From contig NW_026889759.1 of assembly GCF_033153115.1 (NCBI RefSeq), forward strand, positions 4,340,001-4,404,000: 64,000 nt of DNA, written 5' to 3'. The position numbers and the translations under genes are program-made. The DNA comes from Saccostrea echinata (lineage: Eukaryota). Below the pieces are notes generated by a model. That model had not been told where the DNA came from. It saw only the letters and a list, made by a program, of their open reading frames with translations, and made no database searches. Within the stretch, counting starts at the first letter, position 1; the number at the start of each line of letters is the position of its first letter. Positions 24,432 through 36,640 of this stretch are shown piece after piece.

Positions 24432-24683
24432 TGCTATTTAGTCATTTAGAGCCTTTTCAAATATACATGAACTCTGAAGAATAAAGAGTTTGAGTTTTTG
24501 TTTTGTTTGCAAAGAAAAAAAGACATATGTTGTGTTGGAAAGAGAAATTGGAGTCCAAGACGTTGTAATCAATAAACAAGTCTTAATTTATGATGTTGGT
24601 TCATTTTTCTTGTTAATTTCTTAAAATTGAAAAGTAGAAGTCCAAAGACATGAGCTTCAATATCTCAAACATCAATATGCATA

Positions 24684-24879
24684 CTGTAAAATCACTAATT
24701 TTCGTGGTTTGAGGAAAAATTACTGGTACGAAAGAATTTGATTTCGTGGTTAAAGGAGAAACATTATAAAGGACTATGTGATTTTCACATTTTATGGGAG
24801 GTATGAATTCATGGATCTCGGACTCTTCATAGCACAAAAACAACACAAATTAATCCCCCATGAAAATCTGATTTCCCAG
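24684..24879. mobile_element. MITE with TA flanks
   Basis: TA|CTGTAAAATCA ... TGATTTCCCAG|TA imperfect TIRs. Confidence 0.55.
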
Positions 24880-24947
24880 TATTTTAAGAGCAATAATACC
24901 CACATCCATGAAACCATATGAGTGTATTTGCAACTTCTTTCTGTAAC

Positions 24948-25333
24948 AGGGCAGCTGGAGGGAATCGAACCCAGGACCCCTGCATCACTAGCCAGGTGTT
25001 CTATCAACTGAGCTTCCCAGCTGATATTCATGGCCCTAACCATCACATTCCTCCCTCTTTAAATTGTTCTTCGCTCTTGAAGACACAAGTCATGTTCTTA
25101 TTTGCCCCTGAAAGGACTTTCACCTGTAAGTCCAGGGGTGGAAATCTTTTTTTTTAACATTAAAATACGTCTTCACCAATTTTTCCAAATTATCCGACTT
25201 AAAATATCTGTAACGGGAAAGGAGAAAATGTATAGCTGAACTTGGAATCGAACCTGGCACCCCTGCATTACTAGTCAGGTGCTCTACCAACTGAGCTACC
25301 CAGGCTGATATCCATGGTCCTAACCATCACATT
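24948..25333 (-). mobile_element. Two tandem tRNA-Thr(AGT)-like pseudo-tRNA / SINE heads (about 25305-25233 and 25020-24948)
   Basis: The minus strand reads GGGTAGCTCAGTTGGTAGAGCACCTGACTAGTAATGCAGGGGTGCCAGGTTCGATTCC, with A and B boxes and an AGT loop. Acceptor and T stems are mispaired. Both copies share a ~30-nt upstream leader. Confidence 0.7.
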
Positions 25334-25344
25334 TTCAAGACTAT

Positions 25345-25794
25345 CCTTTTAACTTTCATGATTCTGCTCCAAACAATGTGTGATTGATAGAACATTGCTC
25401 TGGAAGATTCTTAATTTGAGGATGATGCTGATTTTTTGAAGATTTCCAGATATTCCTCAGTGATTGAAAAGCTTCTATGGTTTTTGATCAAGAGGCAAGT
25501 ACGTCTGTCTCAGAGTTAACATCTGAGATGATCTTATTTCCCATATGGACAAAGTCTTGCACTTCCTGTTTTATTTTCTGCATTTTTCAGTATGATACGT
25601 TCTGCTGCTCTCTGCTCCCGTATTGATCTTCAAGACATTGGTCTCTCTGGACCTGGCACTTGTGTCACCTTGCACCATTAAGACATACAGAGCAAGACAA
25701 ATGTCTTAGCTGCATTGGTGAACCAAATTGGGCTCAACATCAGCACCAAAGTACAGGTCTTCCAAAATAACTGTCAGGGTCCAGCTGATATCCA

Positions 25795-25795
<1 letters not shown>
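25345..25795 (-). mobile_element. RTE-like LINE reverse-transcriptase remnant (3' part), with segment 25640-25795 inverted
   Basis: The minus strand translates EVQDFVHMGNKIISD..AFQSLRNIWKS..KLRIFQSNVLS..FGAES (with stops and frameshifts). The plus strand 25640-25795 gives DIQSKTNVL..QIGLNISTK. Confidence 0.7.
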
Positions 25796-25796
<1 letters not shown>

Positions 25797-25841
<45 letters not shown>

Positions 25842-25869
25842 ATTTTGTCTGGCGTCCGTCTGTCTGTCT

Positions 25870-25949
<80 letters not shown>

Positions 25950-25952
25950 AGT

Positions 25953-26002
<50 letters not shown>

Positions 26003-28815
26003 CTTTCAAGGGGAGATAATTAGGAATTAGTGAAAAAATAATGGCAACATTTAAAAATCTTCTTCTCAAGAACCATACGGCCAGGAAAGATGAAACTCAT
26101 GTGGAAGCGTCCTCAGGTAGTGTAGATTCAAGTTTGTTCAAATCATGACCCCCAGGGGTAGGGCGGGGCCACAATGGAGGATCAAAGTTTTATATAGAAA
26201 TAATATATAGGAAAAATCTTTAAAAATCTTCTTCTCAAGAAAAGCAAAGTCATGATGAGTAATATTTATATGGAAGCATCTTCGGGTAGTGTAGATTCAA
26301 GTTTGTTAAAATCATGACCCTAGGGGGTAGGGCGGGGCCACAATGGAGGATCAAAGTTTTAAATAGAAATATATAGGAAAAATCTTTAAAAATCTTCTTC
26401 TCAAGAACAGCAAAGCCATGATGGGTCATATTTATATGGGAGCATCATCAGGTAGTGTAGAATCAAGTTTGTTCAAACAATGACCCCCGGGGGCAGGGCG
26501 GGGCCACAATGGAGGATCAAAGTTTTACATAGAAATATATAGGAAAAATCTTTAAAAATCTTCTTCTCAAGAACAGCAAAGTCATGATGAGTAATATTTA
26601 TATGGAAACATCCACAGGTAGTGTAGATTCAAATTTATTCAAATCATGACCCCCAGGGGTAGGGCATGGCCACAATGGAGGATCAAAGTTTTACATAGAA
26701 ATATATAGGAAAAATCTTTAAAAATCTTCTTCTCAAGAACAGCAAAGTCATGATGAGTAATATTTATATGGAAGCATCTTCGGGTAGTGTAGATTCAAGT
26801 TTGTTAAAATCATGACCCCAGGGGTAGGGCGGGGCCACAATGGAGGATCAAAGTTTTACATAGAAATTTATAGGAAAAATCTTTAAAAATCTTCTTCTCA
26901 AGAACAGCAAAGTCATGATGAGTAATATTTATATGGAAACATCCACAGGTAGTGTAGATTCAAATTTATTCAAATCATGACCCCCAGGGGTAGGGCAGGG
27001 CCACAATGGAGGATCAAAGTTTTACATAGAAATATATAGGAAAAATCTTTAAAAATCTTCTTATCAAGAACCACAAAGTCATGATGAGTCATATTTATAT
27101 GGAAGCATCCTCAGGTAGTGTAGATTCAAGTTTGTTCAAATCATGACCCCCAGGGGTAGGGCGGGGCCACAATGGAGGATCAAAGTTTTATATAGAAATA
27201 ATATATAGGAAAAATCTTTAAAAATCTTCTTCTCAAGAAAAGCAAAGCCATGATGAGTCATATTTATATGGAAGCGTTCTCAGGTAGTGTAGATTCAAGT
27301 TTGTTCAAATCATGACCACCGGGGGTAGGGCAGGGCTGCAATGGACTACCAAAGTTGTACATAGAAATATATAGGAAAAATCTTCTTCCCAGGAACAGCA
27401 AAGCCCAGATTGTTCATATTTATATGGAAACATCCACAGGTAGTGTAGATTCAAATTTATTCAAATCATGACCCCCGGGGGTAGGGCGGGGCCACAATGG
27501 AGGATCAAGGTTTTACATAGAAATTTATAGGAAAAATCTTTAAAAATCTTCTTCTCAAGAACAGCAAAGTCATGATGAGTAATATTTATATGGAAACATC
27601 CACAGGTAGTGTAGATTCAAATTTATTCAAATCATGACCCCCAGGGGTAGGGCAGGGCCACAATGGAGGATCAAAGTTTTACATAGAAATATATAGGAAA
27701 AATCTTTAAAAATCTTCTTATCAAGAACCACAAAGTCATGATGAGTCATATTTATATGGAAGCATCCTCAGGTAGTGTAGATTCAAGTTTGTTCAAATCA
27801 TGACCCCCAGGGGTAGGGCGGGGCCACAATGGAGGATCAAAGTTTTATATAGAAATAATATATAGGAAAAATCTTTAAAAATCTTCTTCTCAAGAAAAGC
27901 AAAGCCATGATGAGTCATATTTATATGGAAGCGTTCTCAGGTAGTGTAGATTCAAGTTTGTTCAAATCATGACCACCGGGGGTAGGGCAGGGCTGCAATG
28001 GACTACCAAAGTTGTACATAGAAATATATAGGAAAAATCTTCTTCCCAGGAACAGCAAAGCCCAGATTGTTCATATTTATATGGAAACATCCACAGGTAG
28101 TGTAGATTCAAATTTATTCAAATCATGACCCCCGGGGGTAGGGCGGGGCCACAATGGAGGATCAAGGTTTTACATAGAAATGTATAGGAAAAATTTTAAA
28201 AATCTTCTCAGAAACAGCAAAGCCCTGATTGATCATATTTATATGGAAGCATCCTCAGGTAGTGTAGATTCTATTTTGTTCAAATCATGACCCCCGTGGG
28301 TAGGATGGGGCCACAATGGAGGATCAAAGTCTTAAGTAGAAATATATAGGGAAATATCTTCTTCTGAAGAACTGCAAACCATGATTAGTCATTTTGATAT
28401 GGAAGCATCCTCAGGTAGTGTAGATTCAATTTTGTTCAAATGATGACCCCCAGGGGTTGGATGGGGCCCATTGGGGGATCGAAAGTTTTACATAAGAACA
28501 TATAGAGAAAATATTTCTTCTCAAGTACAGGAAAGCTATGTTTAGTCATATTGATATGGAAGCATCCTCAGGTAGTGTAGATTCAAGTTCAAATGATGAC
28601 CCCTGAGAGAGGGAGGAGCCACAATGGAGGATCAAATTTTTACAAAGGAATATATGGGAAAATTTTTTTAAAATCTTTACAAGTACAATAAAGCCATTTG
28701 TTATATTGACATGGAAGCATCATCAGGTAGTTTAAAATTCAAGCCCCCCTCCCCCCCAAACCCCAGGTAATCTTTTCAATACTGAACTGATTTGTGCTTT
28801 TGCCTAGCCAATGTG

Positions 28816-28850
<35 letters not shown>
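25797..28850 (+). mobile_element. HINE/Helentron non-autonomous element with about sixteen 165-170 bp satellite units (Cg170-like oyster satellite)
   Basis: 5' TTTTAGCTCACCTGAGCTGAAAGCTCAAGTGAGC box, (GTCT)n microsatellite, tandem array 26050-28740, 3' GCTCAGGTGAGC subterminal IR, hairpin GGCCCATGGGCC and CTTGTT end. The family name is from recall, not from a search. Confidence 0.88.
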
Positions 28851-28851
<1 letters not shown>

Positions 28852-30047
28852 GCTCTACTGGTCAGAGACCAGAAGAGCTTATGCAATAGTAAGGTGTCCA
28901 TTGTCTGTCCGTCTGTCTGTTTAGGTGTCCGTCCATCAGTAAACAATTTTTCAAAATGCTACTCCTCCTACAGATTTGATCTGATTTCAATATAACTTGG
29001 CACATAAGTAGACTACACTAAGATACATAATTCTGTATATCGGTTTTTGATTTCAATGAACGGTATTGCCATGGTTACTAAAAATGGAGATTTCTGGGAG
29101 AACTTTCTAAATGCTACTCCTCCTACAGATTTGGTCTGATTTCAGTATTACTTGGCACACAAGTATACTACACTAAGACACATAATTCTATTTATCGGTT
29201 TTTGATTTCAATGAATGGTGTTACCATGGTTACTAAATATAGAAATTCCTGTTAAAAACTTTCAAAATCCTACTCCTCCTACAGTTTTGATCTGATTTCA
29301 ATACAACTAAGCTCACATATAGACTACACTAAGATACATAATTCTATTTATTGGTTTTTGATTTCAATGAAGGATGTTGCCATGGTTACTAAAAATTTTT
29401 CACAGGAATTTCTATTTTTAGTAAAAATAGAAATCTCTGTGAAATACTTTTAAAACCTTACTCCTACAGTTTTGGTCTGATTTCAGTATATCTTATCACA
29501 CAAGTATACTACACTAAGATACATAGTTCTTTATATTGGTTTTTGATTTTAATGAAGGATGTTGCCATAGTTACTAAAACTTGAAATTTCTTTGAAATAC
29601 TTTCAAATCTTACCCCTCCTACAGTTTCGGTCTGAATAACCTGTATCAGTTTTTGATTTTGATGAATGGTGTTGCCATGGTCACTAAAAATAGAAATTTT
29701 CTTGAAATGCTTTCAAAACACTACTCCTCTTACAGTTTTGGTCTAATTTCAATAGAATTTAGCACACAAGTAGACTTTACTGAGAAACATAATTGTCTTT
29801 TTTTTTTTTATTTTGTTGAATGATGTTGCCATGGTTACTAAAATCGAAATTTCTGTAAAATTCTTTTAAAAGGTTACTCCTCCTACAGTTTTAGTCTGAT
29901 TGCAATCTTGCCACAAAAAGAGACTAAATCTAGGATAATTATTCTATTTATTGCTGTTGCAAAGTTTGAAGTCCAAGTGCTACTTTTTTCTTCCTTTGTT
30001 ATAAGTACAAACCAGTAGAGCTACAGTCTCGACAGAGACTTCTGGTT
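28849..30047 (+). mobile_element. Second HINE-type element (about 160-bp units) directly abutting the previous one
   Basis: 5' AGCTCTACTGG / 3' CCAGTAGAGCT (30012-30022) subterminal IR, GTCT/GTCC microsatellite, repeated CTACTCCTCCTACAG..GCCATGGTTACTAAA units, 3' hairpin AGTCTC-GACA-GAGACT. Confidence 0.85.
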
Positions 30048-30075
30048 GTGTTCATGGTTTACTGGTTACTATTAT

Positions 30076-30150
30076 TTCCTTCATGAACTAGTCTGTGCAC
30101 AGTGTGAAGAGGAGTGGCGAGAGCAAGCACCCTTGTTTCACTCCGGTATG
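30076..30150 (-). mobile_element. LINE reverse-transcriptase remnant (core motif)
   Basis: The minus strand translates TGVKQGCLLSPLLFTLCTD*FMKE, matching the non-LTR RT motif GVxQGxxLSPxLF. Confidence 0.75.
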
Positions 30151-31223
30151 AATGTAAAATTCTGTAAGACTTGTTCCAACGACGACCTGAAAATAAACGT
30201 TTTTTTCCCTGAAAATCGCAAAAAACCTCAAAATACATTACTATTGCAATATGAAAACGAGACCCTTTGATCCGCTCAGTAGATCGCAAACAAAGAAATA
30301 ACAATCTACGTGATCGAATCAAGAGATCCTATTTTAACTAGATTTAGCAGATATGACATTAACTTTTTGATTCTTTTCCCCCGTAACATATTGCCTTGAA
30401 AATATTACGAATAAATGTCAAAATAACTACATGTATATACTTTGTGTTTGATCTTACAGATACCTGGAAAAAATATTGTTTTTAAATTTTGTCATATTTC
30501 TGATATTGCGGTCCCAAACAATTTCCCTATTTATAGTATAATCACTAAAACAAGGTCGGTAATAATTTTGTTATCCCGGTAAGTCTGACACAAGCAGTAA
30601 GTTACTGCCAGTAACCAGTTCATCTTTTGGAATATGATTCGCGGTGTCCTAAAGATGTGCAATAAAGTTTCTATTGAAGTTTTCATTTTCATCTTGGGGG
30701 CAAACTGGGAGTTTTTTCTACATAAATCTGGTTGCCAGAACTCTCACATTTCACGCATTAGCCAAATACGTGCAAGAAGGTTTTGGAGTTTTTCTTCTCT
30801 TCTAGAGGACCAATTATTGGCGGAGAATTTAAACGACGATTTCTTGAGTCATTTGAAAATACTTAATATACATTGAAAGCAAATGAGAAATGTAGGAGGA
30901 GAGGAATAACTTTGTCATTCATTCTTGCAACCAAAAAAAAAAAGACAAAAAAACTGAGGGTTAGGTCATAATGTTCAGTATATTTTTATTTGGTATTAAT
31001 AAGCGAGGAAAGAAATCACGGATTTAATTTTTGTTAATTGTTTTTTATATTCTTTAACAATAAAAATATACGCGAGAATGAAATTCTCGCGAAAAGACGA
31101 TCTTAATTACGCAAAAAAAATGTGATTTACAGAGGTATGTTATAAACAAGTTTATTTACATGTTATAAACCAGGCTGTCTCCCTTATAAGACAGCAGTTG
31201 CCTCCAAGACATTAGATTATGTA

Positions 31224-31231
31224 TGACGTCA
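31224..31231. promoter_or_regulatory. Palindromic CRE (TGACGTCA) upstream of orphan gene A
   Basis: Perfect CRE about 70 nt before the ATG, conserved in paralog B. Confidence 0.55.
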
Positions 31232-31294
31232 TAATGTCGAACGTAACAGTTGATATGACGAAATAATTGTCGCTACAACAAAACTTGGATAAAG

Positions 31295-34200
31295 ATGTCG
31301 GAGGTAAAACTGCTTTCATAAATTACAATATTTCGCTTTTTTGTAAGTTCAATTACAGAATTTTTTGTGTCAAACTTTTCATATTCCTTATCCTTTATAG
31401 AAAATCATATATGACGTGTTGGATTTTGGAGCCGAGGCTGTAAAAGACGTGGTAAGTGCATTTGCAAAGAATTCGTGAATAATATTGTTTCAACAATACA
31501 ACTGGAAATTATGGCATTGAATTTACTCTTTTTGGTCATATTGCTGAAATGTTAGCGTATATAATAATGGATTTTTATTAAGAAAAAAATTGGCTTCTTG
31601 ATATCAAAATAGCATTTTGACGCAGGATTGCACTTAATGATTTCTCTAACATTTTAGTGCATAAAATCTAGCTGTTTTGTCTTTAACTCGTGGTCCAACT
31701 CTGCCTTCATATATTTGAAATTGAATTTAAAAAGAAAGATTTTCTCGTAATTAGAATTTTTGAGTATCTCAAAACCTTTCTTATTATTTTTTTTTTTTAT
31801 TTTTAGGATGCGAAACTGGCGATTTTAAAATTTGATTACAGTTGGGTGGCTGAAGTGGAGAGGGAAGAGAGAATGATGAAGGTAAATATACTAGTATACA
31901 AATGGCACAAACAGTTTACTTCATTTTTGCTTGTGAGAAGATATTTATCATTACACAACACACTGCTAATGTCTGATTATAATATTAGCAAAATAAAGTC
32001 TTCTTGACTATCTATTACTCTAAGTTATCATTATTGGGGCCTTTCAATGCTTTAATGCTTTACTACTGTGATGGCATAATGTTGGGCTCAAAACTACAAT
32101 TCAATTATGGTAGCTAACATTTAAAAATAAAACCAAACAAACAGGCAAAAAGAAAAGGGAGTCTTTATTAGTATGCCTTTTTTTATCAATAAAAAGCAAT
32201 AGTTTCATTATGTCGATTTTCCCTATAGGAAGCAAAAAAGCAATCCCTGGAACAAACAGATGCCCTGAAAAAGACACAAATGGAGTTAGACGACGATAAC
32301 AAGACCATCAATAGGTAATATTCGACACCATAGAGAAAGCGTTTTCCAGTAACCCCTCCCAAACATAGCGAAAGTTATTGATACATCAAAGCATGGCGAT
32401 TTGCAGAACTATACATTAATTTGAAATTTTCCTGAATCTTTCGCCGTTTTCTTTGTAGACAATCAATTCTTGATTTTGGTGAGGAGCCAGTCAGAAATTT
32501 GGTAAGTACATTTTTTTTTGAGATGTATGTCTCCGAGTTCTTTTTAAAATACTGCATGGGTAGAAAAATACTGATGTTGACTATTTTAAATATTGACTAG
32601 CAAGTTGTAAATGTCCTATACGAAATATATTAAAATATAAGCCCACATACTATACAATAGACGATTTTCTAACATCCTTTATATTTCTGTCCCAATTTGC
32701 TAAATCTATTTTTCTCCCTCAGGATGCGAAACTGGCTATTTTGAAGTTTAATTACTCTTGGGTGGATGAGGTGGAGAGAGAAGAAAGAATGATGGAGGTA
32801 AATATATACAAAGCGATATCACCTAATGTATCATCTAACCGTATAATATATATATATTTATACACACATTGCATATTTATTTTGTCTATTCACTGTTAAA
32901 TTATAAGTTTATCATTATTGGTATCTTTCGATGCTATGTAATTCAATTATTATGAAAGCATAATTTTTATCAACATCTGAAATGTTGCCAAAAAAACCAA
33001 TAATAAGGGGACAGTACTTATTGTAAAGCATTAATAATAAGCAACAGAGTCTCATTATGATAAAAATTTCCCCTCTAGGAAGCAAATGGGCAGCCCCTGG
33101 AACAAAAAGATGCCTTGAAACAGAAGCAGCGGGTGTTAAACGAAGAAAACAAGGCAATTGATAGGTAATACACTAGTTAACTGACTCTATAGAGAAAACG
33201 TTTTCCAATAACCTACTCGCGGAACTGCAAAAAATCATTGATATGCCAAAGTAAAGCCGATTATAGCACTATACATGCATTTGGATAATTGCTGAAAATG
33301 TCACTGTTTGTTTTTGTTTTTGTTTTATAGCCAAGCAATTCTGGATTTTGGCGAGGATCCAGTTAAAAATTTAGTAAGTACACTTTCTGAAAAAGTACCC
33401 ATATGTATCTCAGTACTGATTTCTTTTCAAATACTGGATGGAAAAATACTTTTTAGACTTAGATTTTGAATTCACGGTGAAAATGACATAACATGTCTAG
33501 GTATTGAACACCGGATCACTAATAAAAATGATATACATATGTATGTTTGGAAATTCGACGAAATTCTGTGAATGTTTGGAAATTCAACAAAAATTCAACA
33601 AAATTTTTACTTAACAAATTTGATGTTATACTTTCAGGATGCTAAGTTAGAGATATTGAAGTTTTCGTATGATTGGGCAACAGAAGTTGAAGAAAACGAA
33701 AGAAGAATGAAGGTATGCAAACTAGCAAATAATCAGATTTATATGTATTCAAAGCAGTGGTATCACATTTTCATGTACATGAGCAGTATATACATGTGTA
33801 ATTATGTTCAAAATAATCAAAACATCTCAGCATCTGTAACTATGCTTGCTCTCTATAGGATGTTCAAGCAAGAAATGAAAAGGAAGAAGATGTTACAGAG
33901 AAAGAGATTCGTGAAACAATTCCAATGGATAAGGCAAAAGTGAAGATGCCAGAGAAACCCCAGGAAGTTACACTTAAGGACAAGGCAAATGAGACGTCGG
34001 TAAAACTTCAGAATCTGCTGTCAGGGGAGGAGGTGCAGGAGAAGAGGGATAACGAAACAAGGCACTTCATCTTTTACTTTCTAGTTAATGATTATAGATC
34101 TGACTGATCTAATTAATGGAATTAATGAGTGAAGTCTTAATTAATTGATGTACATGTATAATTCTTTTTTTTTTAATATGATTGTGTGTACATTCATCAT

Positions 34201-35322
34201 TTATTTCATAACTCATTACAGTAACCCGCTAGAACCTCTCAATGCCCAGAAGACAATCAGTTTGGGGACAGAAGACTTAGAAAAGTACCATCATGAAAGA
34301 CAGCCAGGAAACTTGCAGGTACAGTTCTATTGGCATGGTTGAAATCATATAAAGTGATGATGATTAGACATATTTTAACGTAAAATTTCAAATAAATAAA
34401 ACAATAAAATGAAGTTTAATTGTTAAATAAGAAGAATATGTGTTTCAAGACTGGTATAAGTTATCAGACTATTAGTGCTATAACCTAAGTGTTTCCTAAA
34501 GTAAAACATGTATACTGTTTTTTATGGTAAAAAGTCACAATGAATACTAAGAAAAATGTTAATTTATAACCAGACATAGTTACTAGCACGACCATGTATA
34601 CATGCTATGAGACAATATATTACTAGTATGTCTTTTACAGCAACTGACCGATCACAAGGTTGAAATTGTTGATCATTTTGTTCCAAGAAGACTTTTCCTA
34701 TTTGGGATAGACAAATTTAAGGTAGATGTCTGTTAAAAAACTTACATTTTGAAAGCGACAGTCAGTTCTATGCCCTGTTCCTATCTGTTTCACAATAATT
34801 TAAAAAGTAAATCATTCATTCAATTCAATGAAACATATATTTGTCTAAATTTCTAATTAAATTTAACAAGAGATTGTCCGCTTTGATAACTTGAACTTCA
34901 CAAGATTCATTTTTCCACTGAATAAAATGTTTGTCATTATACTGAAAAAAAAATCCATCATTTTTAAAAGTCTATCAACAGAAATATAATGTATGCATGT
35001 ATTTGTGCTGTGAGTATTATTTCCACACTGATCGATATATATTTTTTTTAAAATCTAGAATGAGGAGGCAAGACAGATCAACTCATGCAAAGATAATTCA
35101 TGCACAGAATCATCCAATTCTCCCAACCCTTTGAATGAAGTAATCTCATCTGCAAGAAAGGCAAGTTTTTAACTTACTTTAAAAAATGGCATTTTATCAT
35201 TATCAAATTAGAAAACTTAAGTGGGTTTAATATCTAATTTTTTTTTATTTCAGGCAACTACATCCACATCTATCAAGAAGAATCTCCGTAGAAGAATAAA
35301 GAATTTTTTTGGTTTTAAATAA
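31295..35322 (+). CDS. Uncharacterised repeat protein A, about 364 aa. Exons 31295-31303, 31401-31451, 31807-31881, 32229-32314, 32459-32501, 32723-32797, 33079-33164, 33331-33373, 33638-33712, 33859-34061, 34222-34318, 34641-34721, 35059-35160, 35254-35322
   Basis: The 14 exons sum to 1095 nt with an open frame. There are three repeats of LDFGxExV..DAKLxILKFxYxWxxEVE, and the C-terminus is LRRRIKNFFGFK*. It is homologous exon for exon to 41885-45790. The model needs two GC donors (34062 weak, 35161 strong). Confidence 0.8.
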
Positions 35323-36314
35323 AATGACCCCAATTTACATTGTGTACCCCATTGACTGGACATCATATAATAGTATAGCGAATTGTTCATTTCATTTGAT
35401 AACATATGTCAAATGGTTTATTTTAACATCTATTAAATATCATCTGTTTATTGATTGTGGGTTTTCTAGTTGTTGTCATTTTGATTTTTAAGAGGACATC
35501 CTTGTCTCTGTATTGCATTTGAGAGAGAGATCGAGATCCGTACAAAACGGAACCGATAAATATTAAAGCAGATGTGGATGATATGTATGATTTGTAGATG
35601 TTTCCAGGGAAGGAGAGAGTGAACTTCTTTTACTAAAAATTTTAATATTCAGTTTTAGGGTCATGTGAAAGGTTGTGGATATCATTTCTTAAAACATATA
35701 CATCATGTTTCCATGCAATTTTCTGGATGGTTTAAGTCAGATTTTATATAATTCGATTTTTATCTCCCATCTCCACCCCTCCCCCACCCCACCCCACCCC
35801 ACCCCCAACAGTGAACACCTAAGAGTAAACAGTCATCCACGGAATCTATGTATAGAACAAGAAAATGATGAAAATAATTATGCATATGTGTGAGAAATGG
35901 GGAATACTGAAGAAAAGAATAAGATATGGTGTATGGTCAAGAGGGAAAAAGAAGAATGGGGGATCCGTGTTCATCATATCTTGAGTAATGCGATTTTGCT
36001 CTTACCATCTTGAATGATATGAATATGTCAACAAGGAATATGTATATGTTCCTGTATACATATAGATGAAATCTGAGAATGACGAACAATAATTTAAGGT
36101 CAAAATCAAACAACAACAAAATTGATATCGGACCAAAATCGGACCCAAGGCACCAAGGCCATAAACTGAGAAGAGACCAAGTCAAACTTTAGAATTTGAA
36201 TATCTTGAGTTTTATCTAACGATCATGTTTAACAAAGTGCAAAACAAATTTATGCTATATTTATTTGAAATTTGACTTGTCTTCTCATTTTATGATGTTT
36301 AGACCTTGAAAAAC

Positions 36315-36640
36315 AAAGGTGGGATCAGGTGCAATTGAGGGGTAAGCAACCCCTGTCGACTGCTCACACACGCCAATCAGAATTGTGCAAGAATGTGGTC
36401 TTACAATTTGTAAGGAAACTTCAGTCAAAATTCTACTCAATGAAAAGTTGCACTTCCAAACAAGGTCATAGTGAAGACCATAAAATGTGCGAAATATATT
36501 GACTTTAAACAGATTGATGATACCCATAACATAAACTTATTTGTTAGTAACCTGTTTCGGTTTAGAAACTGTTGTTGCACATAAAATGTTCTTGCCAATC
36601 GAATAAACAGCGAAACAAATATCAATTACAACTCCTTCTC
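36315..36640 (-). mobile_element. Degenerate Penelope-like retroelement remnant
   Basis: Frameshifted minus-strand peptides (FVSLFIRLAR..QQFLNRNRLLTNKFML, FRTFYGLHYDLV) resemble the C-terminal RT region of mollusc Penelope-like elements. Recognised from recall. Confidence 0.55.

Noticed and set aside
25233-25305. Functional tRNA-Thr(AGT) gene
   Set aside because: The acceptor and T stems are mispaired and a more degenerate sister copy is adjacent, so it is treated as SINE-like or pseudo-tRNA.
16436-28740. Regular repeat arrays as possible CRISPR arrays
   Set aside because: The units are contiguous 146-170 bp monomers without unique spacers, bounded by HINE terminal boxes, in a spliced eukaryotic locus with no cas genes.
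31401-33712. Orphan repeats as LIR/FIR motifs binding the neighbouring FIP200
   Set aside because: YSWV fits the LIR core in only some copies (others are YSWA or YDWA) and lacks upstream acidic residues. Genomic adjacency is not evidence of binding.
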